This document shows positions 40,101-49,207 of a stretch of DNA of 64,000 nucleotides, piece by piece. This DNA is from Planctomycetota bacterium. Lineage in GTDB: Bacteria > Planctomycetota > UBA8108 > SXIK01. The DNA is taken from assembly GCA_965223265.1 (NCBI GenBank), contig OZ244999.1, forward strand, positions 4,256,001-4,320,000. The letters are read 5' to 3'. The translations under genes were made by a program, and so were the position numbers. The notes beneath the pieces were generated by a model, which saw only the letters and a program-made list of their open reading frames with translations, searched no databases and was not told the DNA's origin. Within the stretch, counting starts at the first letter, position 1; every line of letters begins with the position of its first letter.

Positions 40101-43100
40101 ATTGTCGAACAGCTCTCACGAGACTCCCGGCTCTTTTACACCATCGCGGAGCACTACGAGACGGATGTCCAGCCACTTCTGGGCAGTCAGCGCCGGAACA
40201 TTTGGCCACAGAGTCACCCACTGCTAGATCGTACGACCTACACAGACTTCGAGACGGCGACGGAGCTCCTCGAAGCTTCGCCCCTCATCAAAGATGGAGC
40301 TGAAGTCCGTTTCTATTTGGCGCGACGTGGAAACCTTAGGGACAGTTTCTTCGTTCAAGTTGCTTCACAGATGCAGAGTCTTGAAGCCGAGCCGATGAAG
40401 AAGTATGTCACGTTCTTCAGAGCGCAAAACACACTGGGCGGTTCGCTTCTAGCAGCACTCGTTGCCCGCGAACCGAGCTCCTGGAATGCGTTTCTAGAGA
40501 ATCATCGACCGGGCATCAAAGCGCAGCCCCCCAGACGCCTAGCTCAGCTGTCACGATTCGTTCGAGAAGAGATGTCGGCTTGGGTCGACGTCGCGAAGCT
40601 ATCTCCCGATGCAGTCGCAACGCTCGAATGGATGAAGAGCCAAGGCGATAGCTCCCTTGAAGACAAAATCGAGAGGTTGCTAGCGGCCTACAGATTAACC
40701 GACCTCAAGATTCAGCCCCACGAGCTAGACGATCGAGCGCGGGAGTATCTCAAAGCCCTTCTGCCCCAGGAACCGAAGAAAGCCGCGAGAGTGTTCTGGA
40801 AGGCCACGGAGCTCATGCGGAACGCCCAGAGAACAAACCGCTGGCACATGTCGTACGGTGACGACCGGACTTTCTCAGGAAACCTGTTGGAGAGCCTCCT
40901 CTCCGACGATAACCGCAGCGCGGCTTTGGGGTTCGTCTACGAAATCTTGGCAGCGCCGAACCCCATCGTCAAAGTCGAGGCCCCGAGAACCTCCGCGCTT
41001 GAGATGAGCTTACGTCACCTTAAGCGCACGCCCCGTCGCAACAAACGCACCAGTGCCGAGGCCGATCGCGACGCGCTGCGGGAGGCGGTGGCAAAGGTGG
41101 CAGACGTTCTTCCAGCAAAACATTGCCACTTGGCGACACCGGCGCTTTTCGGACTGCTCCAGACGTTCGTCACGTCAGACAGCACTCGCAATCAAGAGAT
41201 CTTGGAATTACTGAAGGAGGAATCACAACGCGAGAATTTTCCGGAGCTCGCAAAGCAGCTTCATGTCGTCGCAACCGCCCTCGCACTCAAATCGAGTCCC
41301 GGCGGCGCCGCGCCAGAAGAGCGCGAGGCTGGCCTCAAGGAAGTGTCGCGGCGATTTCTTGAAAACCTTCGCGATCCAACGATCCGTGTTGACCTCCGAC
41401 TCCGCATCGCAGCGTCCGTGGTGCATCACTGCGGTGACGTTCTGCCGTTCGCCGTCACGGCGGCGGCGGTGGATGTTTTGGAGGCGGCTTGGTCGCAGAG
41501 GAGCGTGGTCTCCCGTGACGATGTCCGTCGCGTCATAAAGCACTTTCTCCATCCCGTCCACGAACGAGACGACCTTTGGCAAACCAGCGGCAAGAAATTC
41601 GTTCAAGCGTGGAAGAAGAAAGTTCTCCTGCGCCCGTCGGATCGAGGCGGACATTCGTCCTATCGAGATCAAGAGATTCTGCAGACAGCGCTCAAATTGT
41701 GCTTCCACCTCGGCGACGAGCAGAGCGTGAATCAGATCTTGGCTAGGTCCTCGGACCAGCTCGACGGCGGCTGGCTCGTCTTTTTCATCCGCTCGGGCAC
41801 GCCGGAGCAAGTGACGCGAATTCTCATGCGTGGGTGGGAACGGCTCGACTGGCGCTCCGGCAGTCGAGACCCCAAGGTCGCGGTATTCGATGACGAAATC
41901 GCGGCGAAACTGCCCGAGCTGGTCGAGGGTCTGGAGAGCCCGGAGATGAAGCTCTTCCTCGAGGCCTTCGTCAAATCGCTGCCAGATGCGAGCACGAATG
42001 CTCAAGCGAATCCTCAGCAGAAGCCCTCGCCGCCGAGCGCGACGCGGCAACCTGAGTCGCACTCGAAAGAGCAGGAGAAAGAATCCGAACCGCCGCCCAA
42101 ACTTCCCTCACGCGACGAGCGACTGGTCGAGCTGAGCGAGCGCGTCAATCAACATGAATTTCAAAACGTTCTGATCCGAGACGCCGTCTTCAGCTTCCTT
42201 GTCGAGTCGGCCTTGGCGGCACAAATCATGGCGGACAAGATCAAGCAAGTGGCACCTGCCGTGTCGCCGCTGACATTCATGACGCGACGCAGTGGCAGCG
42301 GTCTCAGCCAGGCGCAGCGATCACAAAAGCAAAAGCTCTTCGCGGCGCACCTTCGCTTGTCGCTTCAGAGCGGGCCAGAGAGCGCTCTCGAGACCCTCGC
42401 TGCGATCGAGCGAGTCCAAGTGCAAAACTCTGTTCACATTCGCCGGCGAGCGATCCAGCACCTGGTGCGATCGCTTCGCGAAGCGTTTCGATCTGACGCC
42501 TCCGACTGGACGCCGGAGGCGCGCCGCAAGAACGCAGGATTCTGGACTGCGGTTCTGTCGATCAAGGATCCCTACCAGACGCTGCGCCACGAATTCACGA
42601 CAATCGCGGCGCATGGGCTCGTCTACTCGACACTCGAAGGCGGCGAAACCGCCAGCGACTTCCAGAACGCGTTTTCGGCGCTCGATGAGACCACGCACGA
42701 GCGTCTGACCCAGGATTACGGATTTTCCGAAACCGTTCTGCGAGAAATCTCCCACGCGATGAAAGGGCGCGACATCCCACGAGAGGTGCGCCGCGCGGCC
42801 GCGCTCTCGTGGCTCAGCCATCCCGCCTTCGAAGGCTCCCTCGCGCACCACGGGGGAGCCCAAACATCGGTGTTTCAACGCCTCGTTTCGGCGAAGCTTC
42901 TCAGCGAAGAAGAGCTACTCCACATCGGCACGCAGCTGGTCAAAGCCTCTCCCCGAGAGGGAAATGCAGCCTCGGAGCTGGCGAAGTTTCAAGTGAATGC
43001 AAAGCAGTTCGAGGCCGCACTCGAAACATACCGCGAAGGAATCCGCTACTTGCCACCGACGAGCAAAGGGCGCTACTCGCGCTTCCACGTCGAGCAGGCG

Positions 43101-44330
43101 AAGATTCTGAAGCGTCTCGATCGCCGCGCCGATGCACTCGCGGTTCTCGACAGCGTCGATACGAGCCGACTCAGCGACTCGTACACGAACGAATTCCACA
43201 GTCTTCACCTCGAGCTCAAGCTCGCGGCGCTTGTCGCCGCGGGCATGGAGCGGGAGGTCATCGAACTCGTAGCAAAACGGTTCACCGATGAAGCAGCCAC
43301 GGTGCCAAGGGCCATCGCTGAGCTTGGTGTCGCTTTGCAAACGCTGGGTGATCATTTCAATGAGCAGGGAGAGCATGAAAAAGCCGTGGCATACCTTTAC
43401 CTTGCGGCGACCGCACTCGAACGAGCGGAGAGTGAAAAGAGCGGCAGCGCCTCGCATCGTTTCGACGCCATTGCCGAATCGCTCGCCACGTCCCAAGCGG
43501 CGCTCGGCCGCTTCACGGAGCCCGTCGATTTCATCTCCAAAGGTGCGAAGTGGAAATACTTCGACGCGGGCGAAGACCTTGGCGGCGCGTGGCGGGAGAC
43601 GGACTTCGACGACGCAGCATGGGAAGAGGGAAGCGGTAAGTTCGGCTATGGCGACGGCGAGGAGGTCACGACGATCGATTTCGGGCCAGACCCGGGTAAC
43701 AAGCACATCACCACGTACTTTCGCAAGGAAGTGTTGGTGGACGAAGTCGAGGTGATCAAGCGCTTTACTGTCCACGTCCTGCGTGATGACGGTGTGGTGG
43801 TTTATCTCAACGGCGTCGAGCTCTTCCGCGACAATATGCCCGCAGGAGACATAACCTTTACGACTCAGTCGGTGGCGACGGTCGGCCGCAGTCAAGAGAA
43901 TCTGTATTTCAAGCACAGCGACATCGATGTGCAGGACGTCGTGCGCGAGGGAAAAAACGTCGTCGCGGTCGAGCTCCATCAACGTGGACGAACAACGTCG
44001 GACTCCGGATTCGACCTGTTCGTCCGGGCCAATGAGCGGAGCTTGACTGAAATCCTGCAAACCGTGACGGTAGACACCATCGAAAGCACGCTTGGCGACG
44101 AAGTCTGGAGCGCGATTCCGCCAGCGGCACGCCTCCTCAAGCAACCAACGCCTGAGGAAAAGAGCACGCAAGATCCTGCCAGCGATACGAACAACACCGA
44201 CGATTCAGGAGCGAAAGCCACGCCGTCGACGGCAGCCGACGGTGGAGCGAAAGCGCCGGCGAAGGAAGCGGAGGGTGCATCTCCGCAAGATACAGAGGCA
44301 GAGGCAGAGGCAGATGACGGAGACGGATGA
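34149..44330 (+). CDS. Giant secreted TPR protein (~3390 aa) with C-terminal galactose-binding-like jelly-roll domain
   Basis: RBS AAGGAGG then ATG 34149; signal peptide; about 1000 aa of TPR-like helices; C-terminal WKYFD..W...FDD..W..G...FGYGD..TTYFRK..DDG..VYLNG.E. Confidence 0.85.
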   Translation: MSVRSCVLSGARRWAVVTSLGTLLVALSSTPSLAQASADNPGARDDEDRAEAEDRVVRGNEKARKYFQVLQRRPSPGYLFDRFYNAWLDTDSIAGLEGFLTSAVETEETTANRLLLAFFYAKQGENVRALEHFRTALEKDPGSAETWYQKALVEQRTLDFDTAIKDLEHAAAAHPKADLERDILQLQGRLHARSGHTDRAQRVWGQLLEKNPGDEELQEDLIELQVAEGLYKSALATAESLVAMTKDPYVAILRRLRVGDIHQIAGQREQALAAYASSLDKVGSDTWLEKEILRQIDRVFRREDDITGLEKFLQQLVAKHPKRVGLQRKRVDVLVELGEGQAAAKAFAEILKVTPGDRAVREDYVDMLARAALLGKAIEQLERLLEQHPDDAELFVKLAQLQHDNKSPGAAKSTLQRYLATSDGSEYAHLRTARLMERFGQKASADTVFQRLLKAFPESEGARDAYAAFLHRVDRKREAIDVWKELAGGADRERLVRVARALSSRGENEAAFDLLYERLEDLRNDSTYLTQLCTVAISVKKFKEAMPWVRRLVAQAETPLDVENAVARAALVAERADMIDDLSQELTTSELPQEICLLANLYERTGDSKRAEEALARIGEVEPLLTATQRVQLFRHRRDYERAAKEAAALVGLPGGRRVANVQKVVELFKRAHDLESALEWIPEWKKLTPGSTLPWLSEAKLQLADGRNAEAVDVLRRAAQQFDGDAEIRAALAGMYAADGKLADAERIYLQLYEESESVTTKLRWVQEIARIAEMRGTSGALIEQFEERRKNNRTSITPLLALAEIYRESDDYEGRRRVLLEAARLKPQNLDLLLAIARVEESEQEYDRALSTLESAVKVAPEAERNRIRERIARLHFGAGEDEEGFHVLQEIAGGDNLDSTIVENLAQSMMGIGDWTAAAEFLRPFVEKLPDQYRIGYLYAVALEEDRQESAALAVFSELLRVVEEPQPENSPSPPSSTSGRFQYLESLRQLVPEATIEIVRLQNSTRAAYQHRQESRRRFHSTRVVSPATVNMPHDIDALHSFCLVHLSTLAQQLDEDGVAGIKASLVGAGIPFAKYFSDIDLETLRRGRVLGLLEKYPNDEAIMALALITQRSDRTQLDVQQLQTAAKMFEKNLPELVYLAGLAAASIVESEDVAIKELIEKSLRTADTIESPSMQTLSATLRAVGSPGFGTPSAPSLSEAQKKTLVRRLVDWYPKVNHPNTSASWVFPNIAGALANSEGVEALLAFLDEEVAKPASRQSTPASRHARRMVFGRRGNELLLVPLTFPPSFLVEFPSHVLEVVADDGNHRYRQILGEALNLDADALQRHVDQLKSPILRALLAHRAVMTDAAKKAVRSLVEAKEPSIDGLLLAAAYAADVDEDLPAAVEYAKRARFLPMTRALRRRLDAAILAWSVAGLSGDFKADEPIKTAGRDAALRLRRAPLAASEREELVAALEQLELSDEARKLEARVVPAAKTPGLRVRSRSPFRPQSQSRVQKLLTAGERDRALAILASDLKRFASSGLQPQSAFRSQYDLEKWLAQIAAHDLGDELLKQVDPGANAGPRRMAQFAYACEVLGQKEKAREIYTEVAAERRKDMGVRLRLVALTLESDLAAGADMLTTLDPFTMEILGQYMYGVVHSDTLPYAQRLAHVETVVSAALRTKNSSNSSLQWIIRLLDSLDRMRHVDGVHIGGVYDVEDRTSTPRDEARQEKIDGLRKQRREVHDRLCRALLGAPQLAREGFRRLSGFMVQEGQDADAFRLAKDAILAPSTGPGADHGRLAFLSRHHGSEVNKIPMWEAEQFVVLHAYKEGDRSLIEQDIATVLEGRKGRTNHLVAEALRKDLDLYFTAPEDFLDHARQRCEEARRGTHGSKGTGGVLTTVVEAWKVRELDVDLSGFLFKELIDTRNQGRVDSHVLVFTLMLEIHRRRGEEAIGEALEQLAGVYLGPKTERAALFEKHFDPTSMQHGTRNATLHEYLRIVEQLSRDSRLFYTIAEHYETDVQPLLGSQRRNIWPQSHPLLDRTTYTDFETATELLEASPLIKDGAEVRFYLARRGNLRDSFFVQVASQMQSLEAEPMKKYVTFFRAQNTLGGSLLAALVAREPSSWNAFLENHRPGIKAQPPRRLAQLSRFVREEMSAWVDVAKLSPDAVATLEWMKSQGDSSLEDKIERLLAAYRLTDLKIQPHELDDRAREYLKALLPQEPKKAARVFWKATELMRNAQRTNRWHMSYGDDRTFSGNLLESLLSDDNRSAALGFVYEILAAPNPIVKVEAPRTSALEMSLRHLKRTPRRNKRTSAEADRDALREAVAKVADVLPAKHCHLATPALFGLLQTFVTSDSTRNQEILELLKEESQRENFPELAKQLHVVATALALKSSPGGAAPEEREAGLKEVSRRFLENLRDPTIRVDLRLRIAASVVHHCGDVLPFAVTAAAVDVLEAAWSQRSVVSRDDVRRVIKHFLHPVHERDDLWQTSGKKFVQAWKKKVLLRPSDRGGHSSYRDQEILQTALKLCFHLGDEQSVNQILARSSDQLDGGWLVFFIRSGTPEQVTRILMRGWERLDWRSGSRDPKVAVFDDEIAAKLPELVEGLESPEMKLFLEAFVKSLPDASTNAQANPQQKPSPPSATRQPESHSKEQEKESEPPPKLPSRDERLVELSERVNQHEFQNVLIRDAVFSFLVESALAAQIMADKIKQVAPAVSPLTFMTRRSGSGLSQAQRSQKQKLFAAHLRLSLQSGPESALETLAAIERVQVQNSVHIRRRAIQHLVRSLREAFRSDASDWTPEARRKNAGFWTAVLSIKDPYQTLRHEFTTIAAHGLVYSTLEGGETASDFQNAFSALDETTHERLTQDYGFSETVLREISHAMKGRDIPREVRRAAALSWLSHPAFEGSLAHHGGAQTSVFQRLVSAKLLSEEELLHIGTQLVKASPREGNAASELAKFQVNAKQFEAALETYREGIRYLPPTSKGRYSRFHVEQAKILKRLDRRADALAVLDSVDTSRLSDSYTNEFHSLHLELKLAALVAAGMEREVIELVAKRFTDEAATVPRAIAELGVALQTLGDHFNEQGEHEKAVAYLYLAATALERAESEKSGSASHRFDAIAESLATSQAALGRFTEPVDFISKGAKWKYFDAGEDLGGAWRETDFDDAAWEEGSGKFGYGDGEEVTTIDFGPDPGNKHITTYFRKEVLVDEVEVIKRFTVHVLRDDGVVVYLNGVELFRDNMPAGDITFTTQSVATVGRSQENLYFKHSDIDVQDVVREGKNVVAVELHQRGRTTSDSGFDLFVRANERSLTEILQTVTVDTIESTLGDEVWSAIPPAARLLKQPTPEEKSTQDPASDTNNTDDSGAKATPSTAADGGAKAPAKEAEGASPQDTEAEAEADDGDG

Positions 44331-44410
44331 CGGAGACGGATGACGGAGACGGATACAGAAACAGAGGCAGATGACGGGAACAGAGGCAGATGACGGAGAC
44401 AGAGGCAGAG
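44292..44410 (+). repeat. Compound tandem repeat spanning the TPR gene stop codon
   Basis: (CAGAGG)n, three exact GATGACGGAGACG units at 44313-44351, then two ACAGAGGCAGATGACGG units. Confidence 0.85.
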
Positions 44411-44459
44411 TACTCTCACGCACACGCAATCGCTCACCGACCACCGACACGCATTCGCG

Positions 44460-44485
44460 GCGGCACGCGGAGCGTGCCTGCTACT
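44460..44485 (-). repeat. GTAG-type REP copy
   Basis: GCGGCACGCGGAGCGTGCCTGCTACT matches the family at 29010-29199. Confidence 0.65.
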
Positions 44486-44704
44486 ATGGGAGACACGCAA
44501 ACGCGCTCGGCGTCTCATTGGGAGCGCAAGGGATCGCGCCCGCCACGAACGCAGCGGGCGCATGGGATAACGCTCTGCGAGTCAGTGCGCGAGGAAGCGC
44601 CAGATCGCAATCGCACCCCCACACCCACACGCCTACCCCTGCCACTTTAAACGCCCACGTCAGCTTCGGGCGTCGCCGACAACCGCTATCGCGGGCGTCG
44701 CGAG

Positions 44705-47212
44705 TCAGACTCTCCTCAGCAGAAGCCCGAGCAGTAGCAGGGCGAGGCTCGAGAGATAGCCAATGTGCGCGATCGACTCGCGATGCAGCACTGCGCTCAC
44801 GTCGTCCTTGACCGCGTCCACAGCCAACGGCGCCAAATTCCCAAGCGCAGGCGGAAGCTTGCGCGACAGCCGGTATTCCGGCGGATAGGGTCGGTGGTAG
44901 TGCAGCACCTTGAGCTTGTCGTGCTCGGTGTCATGGAGCCGCAGGGTCAAACGATCGTGCCCTGCGACAGGCACTGCGGCGGCATAGCGCCCAATCCCCG
45001 TCTCGGCCACGTCGACCTCCCGCGTGCGACCGTTGCCATCAAGCACCTGCGCATCCCAGGTCACACCCGAGACCGGCGCTCCCGAGTCGTCCACTCTGGA
45101 GATATCGATGGTCCAATTCTCGTGAGTCGTGAGCGATCGTGCCATGAGCCCGCGCGCGCCTTGCTTTCGCACGACCGAACGAAGAGCCTGCGCCCAGAAT
45201 CGTCCGCAGTCATCCCATGATAGCCACTCACCACCCCACCTCTCGGACACGTCGCTTGTGTAGGCTAACCCTGTTCCGAGTCCAAACCGCGACACCGCTA
45301 AGAGTGGATCGCCCGTCTCTTGAGCCAGGAGGAGCTGCGCTGTCGGCTTTACCTGGGTCATGACGTAGCCGAGAGTGAACGGCAGCTCTTGCCCAGCGTA
45401 ACCGCTCAGCATCGGATGATCACCGACCTGCACGACGCCGAACAAATCCTCCTTGATGGCGGAGCGTGAGGCCTGCATCGTCTCCTTCGTAAAGATTTGC
45501 GGCACGCTGTTTGGATCCATGGTCTCGTAGTAACGACCGCGCCCCACTTCGGCGATGCTCGACATGAGCTGGCGATCGGCGCCTTCTCCGAGCGCCACGG
45601 TCGAGACGGTGATTCCCGAATCGGCCATCGACTGCGTCAACGTCATGTGGTCAGCCTGCTGCGTTTGGCCGTCGCCAAGAACGATCATGTGCTTCACCTT
45701 GGCAGCTACGTTCTCCAGCATGTCGTTCGCCAACTCCATCGCCGGATACATGAACGTGCCACCGCCTGCGTCCAATTGGTCAATCGCCCCCTGAATCGCA
45801 TCAGACTCTGCAGCGGTGCGAATCTCGCTGATGACGAACGCCGAGCCGTTGAAGGCAACGATTCCAATTTCGTCCTGCGGACTCAAGAGCTCGACGGCGG
45901 CTTTCGCAGCTTGCCGTGCCAAGGCGATCTTCATGCCATTCATGCTGCCTGATTTGTCGATCACCAGGACCATAGCGAGAGAAGGTTTCTCCTTCTCTTT
46001 CTCGAACCGCGAGGTCAACGGCAAAACCTCTTCCACTGGAGTTTTGTAGTACCCACCAAGACCGAAGCTGTTTTCCGACCCGAACATCGCCAGGCCACCA
46101 CCGAAGTCAGCGACGTAGCGCTTGAGCAGCTGCATTTGACGCGGCGTCAGACTCGTCGCCGGCAGGTTCGCTAGCACGATTCCGTCAAACGCCAGTAACT
46201 CCTCCATGGTTTCAGGCAAGCCGAACGTCCCGCGCAAGTCGACGGCAAACTCCTGCTTGCGCAGCATCCGAGCGAACGGGCGATTCTCCTTCGGGTCCTC
46301 GTTGAGGATCAGGAGTCGAGGCTTTCCGCGCACGGTGACGGTGCAGGAGCTTCGGTTGTTGAGCGGAAAATGGTCTTCGTCGGGGACGAGCTCGGCACTC
46401 CAGACGCTTGCCCCCGGAGTCGACATCTCGACGTCGAGATAGACGGTTTCCTCCTCATCCGCGGACAGCTGGACCGGTGCTTCCGTGACGACGACACCGC
46501 GATGGAGGATCCGAAGCTGCCCGGACATCACCTCGTTGGCAAAGAGACGAGCCGTCATGCGTACCATCTCACCCTGAAACGCGTTCGCCGTGCTTGGCGA
46601 CAAGGAAACCACGGCGGCCTCTGGGTGGGAGATCCCCTCGAGCTTCTCCAGAAAGACCTCTACCCCCTCGGCGCGTAGGATTCGGAGCGCCTCAGCGCTA
46701 GCGGAGTGCGTCTCCTGCCCATCGCTGAAGAGCACGATACGGCGTGCCTTCTCCGCAGGAAACGACATCCTGGCGGCCAGCAGCGCATCACCGAGACGAC
46801 TGGCACCGCGGAATCGATCATCGGCGAGCCCCGATTGCCAACTCTCCAGTTTCTTGCCCAGCTCATCAGGCGTGAAAGGACGCACTTCGCTGCCCACCGC
46901 GAGCAGCGACCAGCTATCGCGCGCGCCCAGTCGACCGGCGTAGTCGCGGACGCGAGTCACTGCCCCCTGCGCAGCTGACAGGTCGACGGACTCGGAGACG
47001 TCCACGAGAAAAACGACATGAAGGTCCTCGTTCTGCTGCGACACAAACGGGCGGCAGAGAGCAAGGATCAAGAGCAAGATCGCACCGACGCGGAGCGCAA
47101 ACGCCGTCAGTTTCGCCCACCGAGGACGATCCACCAAACTATAGCGAAGCCCGACCACGAGGATCGCGACGACGCACAACCAGAGGAGCGGCTTGAAGCT
47201 CAAAAACTCCAT
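44705..47212 (-). CDS. Membrane protein with two VWA domains and a glutamine-amidotransferase-like domain
   Basis: MIDAS motifs DVSES and DKSGS; GGGLAMFG..SFGLGGY..TPVEEVLP; C-terminal TM. Confidence 0.85.
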   Translation of the reverse strand: MEFLSFKPLLWLCVVAILVVGLRYSLVDRPRWAKLTAFALRVGAILLLILALCRPFVSQQNEDLHVVFLVDVSESVDLSAAQGAVTRVRDYAGRLGARDSWSLLAVGSEVRPFTPDELGKKLESWQSGLADDRFRGASRLGDALLAARMSFPAEKARRIVLFSDGQETHSASAEALRILRAEGVEVFLEKLEGISHPEAAVVSLSPSTANAFQGEMVRMTARLFANEVMSGQLRILHRGVVVTEAPVQLSADEEETVYLDVEMSTPGASVWSAELVPDEDHFPLNNRSSCTVTVRGKPRLLILNEDPKENRPFARMLRKQEFAVDLRGTFGLPETMEELLAFDGIVLANLPATSLTPRQMQLLKRYVADFGGGLAMFGSENSFGLGGYYKTPVEEVLPLTSRFEKEKEKPSLAMVLVIDKSGSMNGMKIALARQAAKAAVELLSPQDEIGIVAFNGSAFVISEIRTAAESDAIQGAIDQLDAGGGTFMYPAMELANDMLENVAAKVKHMIVLGDGQTQQADHMTLTQSMADSGITVSTVALGEGADRQLMSSIAEVGRGRYYETMDPNSVPQIFTKETMQASRSAIKEDLFGVVQVGDHPMLSGYAGQELPFTLGYVMTQVKPTAQLLLAQETGDPLLAVSRFGLGTGLAYTSDVSERWGGEWLSWDDCGRFWAQALRSVVRKQGARGLMARSLTTHENWTIDISRVDDSGAPVSGVTWDAQVLDGNGRTREVDVAETGIGRYAAAVPVAGHDRLTLRLHDTEHDKLKVLHYHRPYPPEYRLSRKLPPALGNLAPLAVDAVKDDVSAVLHRESIAHIGYLSSLALLLLGLLLRRV

Positions 47213-47218
47213 CGAGGG

Positions 47219-49207
47219 CTAACCCACCTTGCGACGATGGTAGAGAAGTGATTCCAAAACGAGAAGGAGGATCGCAAAAACGGTCAACAAAGTCGGCAGT
47301 GAGTTGCCGCGGTGGATCGGCAATGCCGTGTCGCGGACGTCCGAATTGTCAAGAAGGCTCTCGCTCGCCGCGAGCAGGCTGCTCGCGACTCTCCACTCGC
47401 CGGACTTACCGACGATGTCGTAAAACCCAGAGTACCTAAGCGGCCCGAAAACCTTGGTGGCGACGGTCGTCTGAGCGCCGTTTGGCGCGCGAATCGTCGT
47501 TAGGCTGCCCTCCTGAGACCCTGGCAGGGGAGCTGTCGCTCCGGTCGGGTACGTTGCCGCGATCGTCTCTTCGCGGCCGCCCAGATGCGTCGCCGCGCTG
47601 TAGACGAGGACCGGGAACCAAGCACTAAAGAAAAAGTCACCCCGTGCCGGATCCATGTTGACGACGATGGCAGTTTTGCCGCCGCGGTTCACCTTGAAGA
47701 TCAGAGGCATGCCTTGATCGCTCTCCACAAGCACGAGAGCTCCCGCAGGTGCCGACAACCTTCGCGCGCCCGCGAACGACAGCGTCGAAACGTCAAAGTG
47801 ACGCAGCGCCGGATGGTCTTCGGCGACGACCCGTGGCACGACTGTCTCGACTTCGTCATCACCGGCATCCTCCCACCAGATCGAGCTGCCGCTTGGACTA
47901 AAGACAAGAGAAAGTGGCGCGTCGGGCGCGCTACCGGTGGCAACGACGAGCTCAGGATCATCCCCAACCAAAGTGACGAGCGCCGACGCGGCCTCGAACG
48001 ACAAGATCGTACGCTCAAAAAAGTAAGGGTTCTTCGTCCGTACGGCGACGCGTACAGGGCGCGGGGCAGGGACGTGGAGAAAGGCGACATCGTCGAGCGC
48101 GAGGTGGTCGTGCGTGGCAGCCTTGAGTCGCGCAGTCCAGCGCCCCAAGGAAGCGCTCGTGACGTTATACGTCTCCGACTTGTTGAGACCAGGCTGCAGC
48201 GTCAGTGGAATAACTTTGACAGCACTCTCGCTACCGTCTGCCGCGTCGACGTGGCTCAACGTCAAATCGGCCTCCACTTCCTGTTCAAAAGACGACGCGA
48301 TCTGAAAGTAGAAACCCAGCGAGTCGCGCTGGCCAGGGAGCACTTGCAAGTCGCAGCGCGCGATGCCAATGTTTCCCTGCCGGCCGCCGATCTTGAGAAG
48401 CTCGATGGAGGCCAGCGCTCCGAGGCCGTGTCGATCGTGCACCCGGCCACGCGTCTCGCTCGTACCACTTTCGGTGACACCGTTCTCCGAGTCCGCATCT
48501 GGCGAGTTTTCGGTCTCCGAAGCACGACCGCCGTCTCGATGGTTCGCGCCGGCGCCATTCTTCGAAGGACCTCGCCGCGTCGCCATTCGTTCGTCCGAAC
48601 TCATGAAGCAGCCATCGCTGAGGAGCAAAACGCGATGGTCTCCCACGCTCGTCTCAGGCTCCTCGCCCAACGTCAAGTCGCGTGCAGTGACGACAGAGTT
48701 CAGCGCTTCACTGCGAAACGCCAATTCGGACGGCTCGATCCCCTCAATCGCCTCGAGAAGCTCGTGGGGATCGCGCGTGAAGTGGGCTCGATAAGAGAGC
48801 TCGAAGTCGACGGCGGCAACCGCGGCGCGCTGATTGCCATCCAGGGCGCTGACGATGTCCACGGCGATCTCTTTGGCACGCTCGAGGCGCGTCTTGCCGC
48901 CCTCCGCGGCGCTCATGCTGGCACTTCGATCGATGAGCAAGAGCAGATCCTTGCGCTCGTCATCGGACCATTCGGGACGGGTCATCGCCAACACAACAGC
49001 CGACAGCACAAGCAACATGATCAACAGGCTCCACAGGTCGCGCAGCCGATTGAAAAGGCTCGTCGCCCGCTTCTCGCGCAAGAGCGTCTGCCAAAGGAAA
49101 TACGCGGTCGTGGGCTTTCGCGTCGGGCGCACCTTCAGAAAATAGATCGCCGCCAACGGGATCACACTCAGGAACGACCAGAAGAAGACCGGCTCCAAGA
49201 AGTTCAT
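47219..49207 (-). CDS. BatA N-terminal double-TM + VWA domain protein
   Basis: MNFLEP..IYFLK; DRSASM; C-terminal TM ending LESLLYHRR. Confidence 0.85.
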   Translation of the reverse strand: MNFLEPVFFWSFLSVIPLAAIYFLKVRPTRKPTTAYFLWQTLLREKRATSLFNRLRDLWSLLIMLLVLSAVVLAMTRPEWSDDERKDLLLLIDRSASMSAAEGGKTRLERAKEIAVDIVSALDGNQRAAVAAVDFELSYRAHFTRDPHELLEAIEGIEPSELAFRSEALNSVVTARDLTLGEEPETSVGDHRVLLLSDGCFMSSDERMATRRGPSKNGAGANHRDGGRASETENSPDADSENGVTESGTSETRGRVHDRHGLGALASIELLKIGGRQGNIGIARCDLQVLPGQRDSLGFYFQIASSFEQEVEADLTLSHVDAADGSESAVKVIPLTLQPGLNKSETYNVTSASLGRWTARLKAATHDHLALDDVAFLHVPAPRPVRVAVRTKNPYFFERTILSFEAASALVTLVGDDPELVVATGSAPDAPLSLVFSPSGSSIWWEDAGDDEVETVVPRVVAEDHPALRHFDVSTLSFAGARRLSAPAGALVLVESDQGMPLIFKVNRGGKTAIVVNMDPARGDFFFSAWFPVLVYSAATHLGGREETIAATYPTGATAPLPGSQEGSLTTIRAPNGAQTTVATKVFGPLRYSGFYDIVGKSGEWRVASSLLAASESLLDNSDVRDTALPIHRGNSLPTLLTVFAILLLVLESLLYHRRKVG

